From Mycolicibacterium smegmatis (GTDB lineage: Bacteria > Actinomycetota > Actinomycetes > Mycobacteriales > Mycobacteriaceae), in the NCBI RefSeq assembly GCF_001457595.1, contig NZ_LN831039.1, forward strand, positions 2,400,001 to 2,432,000: DNA of 32,000 nt. Reading direction: 5' to 3'. Positions 10,629 to 18,486 of the stretch are shown piece after piece. Positions within the stretch are counted from its first letter, which is position 1, and each line of letters begins with the position of its first letter. The position numbers and the translations under genes were made by a program. The notes beneath the pieces are model-generated. The model saw only the letters and a program-made list of their open reading frames with translations. It was not told where the DNA came from and searched no databases.

Positions 10629-11681
10629 GTGACCGACGCGCAGAACCCCGGCGTCAAGGTCGACCGTGGGATTTCGAGCCGTCTGTCCGACGTGGCGCAG
10701 ACCGCTCGTGATCTGGAAACCGCAGGCTGTGACGGATGCTGGACCGGCGAGATCAACCATGATCCGTTCCTGCCGCTCGCGCTCGCTGCCGAGCACACGC
10801 GGCGTATCCAGATCGGCACCAGCATCGCTGTGGCGTTCGCACGCAACCCGATGACCGTCGCGCACCTCGGCTGGGATCTGCAGGCCTACTCGGGCGGGCG
10901 TTTCATCCTCGGGCTCGGCACGCAGATCCGGCCCCACATCGAGAAGCGGTTCAGCATGCCGTGGAGCCATCCTGTGCGCCGTATGCGCGAGTACATCGCA
11001 GCGTTGCAAGCGATCTGGACCTGCTGGCGCGACGGGACAAGTCTGCGCTTCGAGGGCGAGTTCTACACCCACAAGATCATGACGCCCATGTTCACCCCGG
11101 AACCGTCGCCTGCGCCGTTTCCCAAGGTCTTCGTCGCGGCCGTAGGAGAGCGCATGACCGAGATGTGCGGTGAGGCCGCCGACGGTCTGCTCGCGCACGC
11201 CTTCACCACACGCCGCTACCTCGACGAGGTGACCCTCCCGGCACTGCAGCGCGGCATGGACCGTACCGGCCGCAGCCGCAACGACTTCGAGGTGTCCTGC
11301 CCGGTGTTCCTGGTCACCGGTTCCGATGAGCACCAGATGGCTGAGGCCGCCGTCGCCACCCGCAAACAACTGGCGTTCTACGGTTCCACGCCGGCGTACC
11401 GCAAGGTGCTCGAACTCCACGGCTGGGGTGATCTGCACACCGAGTTGCACCGGCTGTCGCTGGCCGGCGAGTGGGACACGATGGGCACGCTCATCGACGA
11501 CGACGTGCTCGACGCGTTCGCCGTCGTGGCGCCGCTGGACGAACTCGCCGACGCCCTGCGCCGCCGCTGCGAAGGCGCGATCGACCGGGTGCTGCCCGGC
11601 TTCCCCGCGGCCGTTCCGCCTGCCACCGTCAACGCCGTACTCGACGAATTCCGTGACCGCCCGCCTGTGACCCGCCTGTGA
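10629..11681 (+). CDS. LLM-class F420-dependent oxidoreductase (TIGR03617-like)
   Basis: 350 aa from GTG 10629 (VTDAQNPGVKVDRGISS...); 'GTSIAVAFARNPMTVAHLGWDLQAYSGGRFILGLGTQI' family signature. Confidence 0.83.
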   Translation: MTDAQNPGVKVDRGISSRLSDVAQTARDLETAGCDGCWTGEINHDPFLPLALAAEHTRRIQIGTSIAVAFARNPMTVAHLGWDLQAYSGGRFILGLGTQIRPHIEKRFSMPWSHPVRRMREYIAALQAIWTCWRDGTSLRFEGEFYTHKIMTPMFTPEPSPAPFPKVFVAAVGERMTEMCGEAADGLLAHAFTTRRYLDEVTLPALQRGMDRTGRSRNDFEVSCPVFLVTGSDEHQMAEAAVATRKQLAFYGSTPAYRKVLELHGWGDLHTELHRLSLAGEWDTMGTLIDDDVLDAFAVVAPLDELADALRRRCEGAIDRVLPGFPAAVPPATVNAVLDEFRDRPPVTRL

Positions 11682-11691
11682 GGAGTGCGCC

Positions 11692-12927
11692 ATGACCGCC
11701 AGGACGATCGATGACGCCGCCAAGGTTTTCGCGATGCCGTCGGCCTACACCGACGAGGCGAAATTCCATGAGGCACTGACCCATCTGCGGGTGAACGCGC
11801 CGGTGTCCTGGGTGGACGTACCGCCGTACAGACCGTTCTGGGCCATCACCAGGTACGCCGACATCATGGCGATCGAACGTGCGAACGACCTGTTCACCAA
11901 CTCACCGCGGCCGGTTCTGATGACGGCCGAGGAGGACGAACAGCAGGCTGCCGTGGGTATCAGCACGTTGATCCACATGGACGATCCGCAACACCGCGTC
12001 ATCCGCGCCATCGGTGCGGACTGGTTCCGCCCCAAGGCCATGCGCGCGTTGAAGATCCGCGTCGACGAACTCGCGAAGATCCACGTCGACAAGATGGTGG
12101 CGGCCGGCGGTGAATGTGATTTCGTCCAGGAGATCACGGTCAACTATCCGCTGTACGTGATCATGTCGCTGCTCGGGATCCCCGAGGCCGACTTCCCGCT
12201 GATGCTCAAACTCACCCAGGAACTGTTCGGCAACAAAGACGACGAGTACCAGCGCAGCGCCGACGAGGGTGACTCGATGGCCGCGCTGCTGGAGATGTTC
12301 CAGTACTTCACCGAACTCACGGCGTCGCGACGTGCGAATCCCACCGACGACCTTGCGTCGGCGATCGCCAACGCCACGGTGAACGGCGAGCCGCTCAACG
12401 ACATCGAGACCGTGTCCTACTACGCGATCGTCGCCGCAGCCGGGCACGACACCACCAGCGCGACGATCTCGGGCGGCATGCTGGCGCTGCTCGAACACCC
12501 CGATCAGCTCGAGCGGTTGCGCAACGACCCGTCGTTGATGGGCACCGCCACCGAGGAGATGATCCGCTGGGTGACCCCGGTGAAGGCGTTCATGCGCACC
12601 GCGGCCACCGACACCGTGGTGCGCGACGTGCCTATCGCCGCAGGCGAATCCTTGTTGCTGGCATACCCGTCGGGCAACCGCGACGAGGAGGTCTTCACCG
12701 ACCCCTTCCGGTTCGATGTGGGCCGCGACCCCAACAAGCACGTCGCGTTCGGGTACGGCGTGCACTTCTGCCTGGGAGCGGCGTTGGCGCGTATGGAGAT
12801 CAACAGTTTCTTCGCTGAGCTGATCCCACGGCTGGAATCGATCGAGCTGACCGGGTCACCGCGGCACACCGCCACGACGTTCGTCGGCGGGCTCAAACAC
12901 CTGCCGGTGCGTTACGCGTTGCGCTGA
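11692..12927 (+). CDS. Cytochrome P450
   Basis: 411 aa. I-helix 'IVAAAGHDTTSATISGG' and heme-Cys loop 'HVAFGYGVHFCLGAALARMEINSFF'. Confidence 0.95.
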   Translation: MTARTIDDAAKVFAMPSAYTDEAKFHEALTHLRVNAPVSWVDVPPYRPFWAITRYADIMAIERANDLFTNSPRPVLMTAEEDEQQAAVGISTLIHMDDPQHRVIRAIGADWFRPKAMRALKIRVDELAKIHVDKMVAAGGECDFVQEITVNYPLYVIMSLLGIPEADFPLMLKLTQELFGNKDDEYQRSADEGDSMAALLEMFQYFTELTASRRANPTDDLASAIANATVNGEPLNDIETVSYYAIVAAAGHDTTSATISGGMLALLEHPDQLERLRNDPSLMGTATEEMIRWVTPVKAFMRTAATDTVVRDVPIAAGESLLLAYPSGNRDEEVFTDPFRFDVGRDPNKHVAFGYGVHFCLGAALARMEINSFFAELIPRLESIELTGSPRHTATTFVGGLKHLPVRYALR

Positions 12928-12937
12928 GCATTCCGCG

Positions 12938-13141
12938 TCAGCAGCAGCGGGCGCCGGGGTTGGCGTCCGCGCTGCTGTGGCGCATCTTCCAGTAGTCGCG
13001 CTCGGAGAGCACCGGCTCACCGGGATGGGTGCGCGCCCGGTGCTCGACGTAGCGTCGATAGTGGTTGTCGCCCATCAATGTCGAGACGTACCAGCCGACT
13101 TTGCGTGCGGCCTGGCGTGTGCGCTGGGCAAGGCCTCCCAC
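12938..13141 (-). CDS. YbdD/YjiX family small protein (CstA partner)
   Basis: 67 aa. 'GDNHYRRYVEHRARTHPGEPVLSERDYWKMRHSSADANPGARCC' is the conserved YbdD/YjiX C-terminus. Overlaps the 3' end of cstA. Confidence 0.85.
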   Translation of the reverse strand: MGGLAQRTRQAARKVGWYVSTLMGDNHYRRYVEHRARTHPGEPVLSERDYWKMRHSSADANPGARCC

Positions 13142-15381
13142 TGCTTGCTCACCTCCTTCTCCACGGCCGTGGGGATCAACCCCGACGGAGCGAAGATGCG
13201 CGACGGCACGGGCTCGTCCTCCGCCAGTGGCCGCCCCGTCCCGCGCAGCGCCTGCAGTGCCATCACCACACCGGCGATGAACACGATGAGCACCAGCACA
13301 GCGAACACGACCGACAGCGTGCCCTGGATGAACGTGTTGCGGATGACCGCGTCAAGCTGGCCGGCGTCCTTGGCCGCGCCGAATGTCGTCGCACCGCCGT
13401 CACGCGCGTTGCGGTACTGGAAGTGCTGCGTCCAGTAACCGACCTTCGGATCCCCGGAGAAGATCTTCTGCCACGACGCCGTCATGGTCACCGTCAGATC
13501 CCACATCAGCGGCAGCGCCGGAATCCACGCCCACTTGATCAATCCGCGTTTGATCACCACGACCGTCACGACGGTCAGGGCGATCGCAGCGAGCAACTGA
13601 TTCGCGATGCCGAACAACGGGAAGAGCGTGTTGATGCCGCCCAGCGGGTCGGTGACGCCCATCAGCAGAATGCTGCCCCACGCGGCCACCACGATGACGC
13701 TGCACACCCAGGCGCCGACGCGCCAGCTGGGATCCTTGAGCTTGCGCAGCGGACCACCGAGGTTGGACAGCCCGTCGGAGAGCATGAAGCGTGCCACGCG
13801 GGTGCCCGCGTCCACCGTGGTGAGGATGAACAGGGCCTCGAACATGATCGCGAAGTGGTACCAGAACGCCTTGAGCGCCGAACCGCCGAACACCTGGTGC
13901 AGCACCTCGGCCATGCCGAACGCCAGCGTCGGCGCACCACCGGTGCGCGACACGATCGACTGCTCACCGACGCCCTCGGCCGCCGCGGTGATCTCCTCGG
14001 GGGTGATCGGCGCTCCCGACAGGCCCAGGCCGTTGACGTAGTCGGCCGCGGTCTGTGCGGTGGTGCCGGTCTGCGCGCTCGGTGCGTTGATCGCGAAGTA
14101 CAGGTGCTGGTTGAGGATGGCCGCGGTGATGAGCGCCATGATCGCCACGAACGACTCGGTGAGCATGCCGCCGTAGCCGATCAGCCGCATCTGGCTTTCC
14201 TTTTCCAGCAGCTTCGGCGTGGTTCCCGACGAGATCAGCGCATGGAAGCCGGACAGGGCACCGCACGCGATGGTGATGAACAGGAAGGGGAACAGCGAAC
14301 CGGCGAACACCGGGCCCGTGCCGCTGCCGGCGAAGGTCGAGATCGCGGGCGCCTCCATCACCGGGCGGGCGATGAGGATGCCGACGGCCAGCAGTGCGAT
14401 GGTGCCGACCTTCATGAACGTCGACAGATAGTCACGTGGCGCCAGCAACAACCACACCGGCAGCACCGACGCCGCCAGGCCGTAGATGATGATGCACCAC
14501 GACAGCGTGACCTTGGACAAGGTGAACCAGTCTGCGCCCCACGACGTCTCGGCCACCCAGCCGCCCGAAACGACCGCGAGCAGCAACAGCACGACACCGA
14601 TCAGCGACACCTCCGACACCCGGCCGGGGCGCAGGAACCGCAGGTACAAGCCCATGAAGATCGCGATCGGAATGGTCATCGCGATGGAGAAGACACCCCA
14701 CGGGCTCTCGGCGAGGGCGTTGACCACCACGAGAGCGAGCACCGCGAGCAGGATCACCATGATGACGAGCACGCCGACGATCGCCGCGACGCCGCCGACC
14801 GTGCCGAGTTCATCGCGGGCCATCTGTCCCAGCGAACGGCCGCGGCGCCGCACCGAGATCGACAGCACCAGGTAGTCCTGGACGCAACCGGCCAGGACCG
14901 CGCCGATGATGATCCAGATGGTGCCCGGCAGATAACCCATCTGCATGGCCAGGACCGGCCCCACGAGCGGCCCGGCACCGGCGATCGCAGCGAAGTGGTG
15001 ACCGAACAACACCCGGCGGTCGGTCGGGACGTAATCGGTGGCGTTCTCGAAAAGCTCAGCCGGAGTGGCGATGTGATCGCGCGGCTGAACGATCTTCATC
15101 TCGATCAGCCGCGCGTAGAACCGGAAGCCGATGATGTAGGTGCAGATCGCGGCGATCACGAACCAGACGGCGTTGACCGTCTCCCCGCGGAAGAACGCGA
15201 TGATCGCCCAGGCGATCGCGCCGACCAGGGCGATGATCCCGAAGATGATCTTGTGCCGCGTGGTGATCGGCGAGCGGTCGATGATCGCTACCGGCGGTAG
15301 GTCCTTGTCGGTGCGGATATAGGTGATGTCGCCGTCTTGTTCCTCGATGCGATCCGTCGGTGGTGCATCAGGTGTAGCCAC
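13075..15381 (-). CDS. cstA: Carbon starvation protein A (CstA) family peptide/pyruvate transporter
   Basis: 768 aa from GTG 15381 ([11 protein letters not shown]...). Polytopic; '[51 protein letters not shown]'-type region, '[27 protein letters not shown]' and 'TLDAGTR'-like '[16 protein letters not shown]'. Confidence 0.93.
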   Translation of the reverse strand: [768 protein letters not shown]

Positions 15382-15553
15382 GATCTCTCCTTGTCGACCC
15401 CTGTGTCGTGCGTCTCTGGTCCCGATCCTTCCATCGTGCGCAAGTCGAGTGCCATCGAATCCCGGTTTCCGCTGCGTTCCCGGCGTTTCGCGGCTTCGGC
15501 CCCGATCTCCTGCGACGGTGAGCATCTGCTCGGCCTGGCAGGGTTCGCCGTGC

Positions 15554-16615
15554 TCACCGCCGCAGCGTTTCAGATGGCGTCTCACCCCACCGTTTTCGGT
15601 ACTCCACGGCGAAGCTGCCGAGGTGGTGGAAGCCCCAGCGTTCGGCGACCGCGGTCACCGTGACGCCGTCGGACGGGATGGCGTCGGTCAGTTCCTCGCG
15701 CACGCGTTCCAGGCGACGTTCGCGGATGAACGTGGTTGGGCTCATTCCGAGTTCGGTGCGAAAGCCCTGCTGGATCGACCGGACGCTCATGTGCAGCGCC
15801 TCGGCCAGCGACTCCATGGTGATCTTCTCGGCCAGATGGTCCTCGATGTAGTCGACGGCCTGCTGGATCACCGCCCGGCGCGGGGTTGCCGGTGTGGGGC
15901 GGGTGATGTCGGAGTAGTAGGTCGACGGCTGCAGGTACAGCAGGCTGCTCATCACGAGTTCCTCGACGGGACCGATGGCGCAGCCGCGCTGCACCAGCGA
16001 ACCGGCGTGGTACACCTCGGTGTGGATCAGCTGTACCGCGGCGTGCCAGCGGGTGGCCGCCTCGGTGGTGAGGTCGAACTCGGGCTCGAACCTCAGCGGT
16101 CCGACCAGGTTCCGCCCGAGCAGGCGCGTGAGGTGGGCATTCATCGCCTCCTCCTCGATGCGCACCAGCATCTGCGGCGAGTCGTGTGCGAAGCTCATCC
16201 GGACCGGGTCGCCCGGGCTGGTGACCAGCGACCGTGTGGTGCCTGCGTCGAACTCGGCCGCTGGATGGGTCACCGTGGCGCTGCCGTTGAGCGGCATGTG
16301 CACCGCGAAGTAGCGCCCGGATTCCGGGATGTCGAGGGCCGCGGCCACGTGCAGGTCGAGGTAGAGCAGGCTGACGTTGCGCAACCGGACGCCGTGCATG
16401 GTCGCCGCGAAACCTCCGGCATCGGCGGCGTCGACCGTGAGCGTCAGGGGCGACAGCGTGCGACCGACCAGACGCGCGGCCTCGCGGACGTCCTCGGTGT
16501 AGAAGATCTCGTGATCGGCCAGCGCGGGCGGGACGCCGCGGCTGCGCACCTTTCGCCGCACGGGATCGCTGGTGCGGCGGATGTCGATGAACCCGAGCCG
16601 GGTCAGCCGTGACAT
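15554..16615 (-). CDS. AraC-family transcriptional regulator
   Basis: 353 aa. N-terminal AraC-binding-like domain and C-terminal double HTH 'VDYIEDHLAEKITMESLAEALHMSVRSIQQGFRTELGMSPTTFIRERRLERVREEL...VTAVAERWGFHHLGSFAVEYRKRWGETPSETLRR'. Confidence 0.92.
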   Translation of the reverse strand: MSRLTRLGFIDIRRTSDPVRRKVRSRGVPPALADHEIFYTEDVREAARLVGRTLSPLTLTVDAADAGGFAATMHGVRLRNVSLLYLDLHVAAALDIPESGRYFAVHMPLNGSATVTHPAAEFDAGTTRSLVTSPGDPVRMSFAHDSPQMLVRIEEEAMNAHLTRLLGRNLVGPLRFEPEFDLTTEAATRWHAAVQLIHTEVYHAGSLVQRGCAIGPVEELVMSSLLYLQPSTYYSDITRPTPATPRRAVIQQAVDYIEDHLAEKITMESLAEALHMSVRSIQQGFRTELGMSPTTFIRERRLERVREELTDAIPSDGVTVTAVAERWGFHHLGSFAVEYRKRWGETPSETLRR

Positions 16616-16653
16616 CCGGGAACCCCCAGCAACGCCCGGCCTGATACGCGAGC

Positions 16654-16672
16654 TAAGGAAAGCCTAACTTTG
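16654..16672 (-). promoter_or_regulatory. Candidate iron-box (IdeR/DtxR)-like site upstream of araC
   Basis: TAAGGAAAGCCTAACTTTG matches the recalled IdeR consensus orientation TTAGGTTAGCCTAACCTAA at 13/19 by hand alignment. It lies in the araC/hucM divergent region, about 40 nt upstream of the araC start. Confidence 0.25.
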
Positions 16673-16735
16673 GTCGGAGATAACGGATTTCGATCCCGCA
16701 CCGCAACCCTCCTGATCGTCAGACGCGCATGAGCG

Positions 16736-16798
16736 CACCTATCTTTGCGCAATCCGGACAGGAATTGCGCGAAAGCGATAGGCATCCGCGCATAGGTG
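16736..16798. promoter_or_regulatory. Nested dyad-symmetry element upstream of hucM
   Basis: Outer arms CACCTAT (16736-16742) / ATAGGTG (16792-16798) enclose inner arms GCGCAAT (16747-16753) / ATTGCGC (16764-16770). The element ends 45 nt before the hucM ATG. Confidence 0.35.
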
Positions 16799-16843
16799 AG
16801 GATATGTTTGCCGCGTCGCCGAAACTCCGAGCGGGAGGATGGA

Positions 16844-17413
16844 ATGGCCAGCAACGGTCACAGTGCCGGTCAGAATGCGATCGACGAACTTCCAGACATC
16901 TCGCCGGCCGACGGGATCCGTCGGCGTCTCGACGATCCCCAGGTTGCCGAGGCCCTCAACAGCTTGCTCGACCATGCGGACCTGCTCGCGGTCCTCGTCA
17001 AGGGTCTCGACGGATTCGTGCGTCGCGGTGACGACATCGCGAACAACCTGACGTCGGCGATCGGGGAGTTGAAGGCGCTCAACGCGGCTGACACGCCCAT
17101 CCCCGCACTCGCGGCGCTCAAGGACGTCGACCTGGCGGGGTTGGCGAACTCGCTGGCAACGTTGTCCGGGGGACTGGTGAAGGCGACGCCGGCGCTCAAC
17201 GCGGTGCTGGATTCGTTGACCGACCAGCGTGGCGCCGAGGTGCTGTCGGCACTGGGGGACGCGCTGGTGGCGGCGCGCACATCGGCGCCGCCCGCGCCGC
17301 GCGGTGTGCGGGGGATGTGGAAGACGCTGCGCGCGGCGGCCAAGGATCCCGACGTCGGCCGTGGTGTGTCGTACCTGATCGAAGTCGCCCGCGTCTTCGG
17401 CAGCAAGGTGTGA
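16844..17413 (+). CDS. hucM: HucM, DUF1641-like scaffold/stalk subunit of the Huc hydrogenase
   Basis: 189 aa from ATG 16844 with upstream GGGAGGAT. 'LDDPQVAEALNSLLDHADLLAVLVKGLDGFVRRGDDIANNLTSAIGELK' is DUF1641-like, and the gene lies directly upstream of the small-subunit gene as in the Huc operon. Confidence 0.88.
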   Translation: MASNGHSAGQNAIDELPDISPADGIRRRLDDPQVAEALNSLLDHADLLAVLVKGLDGFVRRGDDIANNLTSAIGELKALNAADTPIPALAALKDVDLAGLANSLATLSGGLVKATPALNAVLDSLTDQRGAEVLSALGDALVAARTSAPPAPRGVRGMWKTLRAAAKDPDVGRGVSYLIEVARVFGSKV

Positions 17414-17483
17414 TCGAAGCGAAAACCTTTACAGTCCAGCGGAATCCGGCAGCAGCCCTGGCCGGCGATCGAGAGGAGACCCA

Positions 17484-18455
17484 ATGGCATCGGTGCTTTG
17501 GTTCCAAGGCGGGGCATGTAGTGGCAACACCATGTCGTTCCTCAACGCAGACGAGCCCAACGTCGTCGACCTGATCGTCGACTTCGGCCTCGACCTGTTG
17601 TGGCATCCGTCGCTCGGGCTGGAACTGGGCAACAATGCGCAAAAGGTGTTCTGGGACTGCGCGAAAGGCGAACGGCCCCTGGATATCTTCGTTTTCGAAG
17701 GGACGGTCATCGAGGCGCCGAACGGCACCGGACAGATGGACATGTTCGCCGGCCGCCCGATGAAGGACTGGGTCACCGACCTCGCGGGTGCGGCCCAGAT
17801 CGTGGTGGCCATCGGCGACTGCGCCTGCTTCGGCGGCATCCCGGCCATGGAACCCAACCCCTCGGGCTCCACCGGACTGCAGTTCCACAAGCGGGAGAAG
17901 GGCGGCTTCCTCGGCCCGGACTTCCGTTCCAAGATGGGGCTTCCGGTGATCAACGTGCCGGGCTGCCCGGCCCACCCGGACTGGATCACCCAGATCCTCG
18001 TCGCGCTGGCCACCGGTCGTGCCGGTGACATCACCCTCGACGACCTGCACCGGCCTGAGACGTTCTTCAAGACGTTCACCCAGACCGGTTGTACGCGTGT
18101 GCAGTTCTTCGAGTACAAGCAGTCCACATTGTCGTTCGGTGAGGGCACCCGCACGGGGTGCCTGTTCTATGAATTCGGTTGCCGCGGACCGATGACCCAC
18201 TCGCCGTGCAACCGGATCCTGTGGAACCGGCAGAGTTCCAAGACCAGGGCAGGCATGCCGTGCCTGGGTTGCACCGAACCCGAGTTCCCGCACTTCGATC
18301 TGGCGCCGGGCACGGTGTTCAAGACCCAGAAGGTCAGCGGCATGATCCCGAAGGAAGTCCCCGAGGGCACCGATCACCTGACGTACATGGGTCTGGCGGC
18401 GGCAGCGCGGATCGCGGCACCGCAGTGGTCCAAAGAAGACATGTTCGTGGTTTAG
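17484..18455 (+). CDS. hucS: [NiFe] hydrogenase small subunit, group 2a (HucS)
   Basis: 323 aa with no Tat signal peptide. 'WFQGGACSGNTMSFL', 'AIGDCACFGGIPA', 'NVPGCPAHPDW', 'FFEYKQSTLSFGEGTRTGCLFYEFGCRGPMTHSPCNRILWN', 'RAGMPCLGCTEPEFP'. Confidence 0.96.
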   Translation: MASVLWFQGGACSGNTMSFLNADEPNVVDLIVDFGLDLLWHPSLGLELGNNAQKVFWDCAKGERPLDIFVFEGTVIEAPNGTGQMDMFAGRPMKDWVTDLAGAAQIVVAIGDCACFGGIPAMEPNPSGSTGLQFHKREKGGFLGPDFRSKMGLPVINVPGCPAHPDWITQILVALATGRAGDITLDDLHRPETFFKTFTQTGCTRVQFFEYKQSTLSFGEGTRTGCLFYEFGCRGPMTHSPCNRILWNRQSSKTRAGMPCLGCTEPEFPHFDLAPGTVFKTQKVSGMIPKEVPEGTDHLTYMGLAAAARIAAPQWSKEDMFVV

Positions 18456-18486
18456 CGGCCAGCAGGAGAAAAGGACTCACACTGAC

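Noticed and set aside
10536-11723. 395-aa minus-strand ORF opposite the LLM gene
   Set aside because: Shadow ORF; the forward frame has family-specific LLM motifs.
13078-15300. 740-aa plus-strand ORF opposite cstA
   Set aside because: Translation is rich in H/R/D/E/Q with no fold signature. It mirrors the well-supported cstA frame.
16870-17517. 215-aa minus-strand ORF opposite hucM
   Set aside because: hucM on the plus strand has a good start, ribosome site, operon position and family resemblance. The antisense translation looks compositional.
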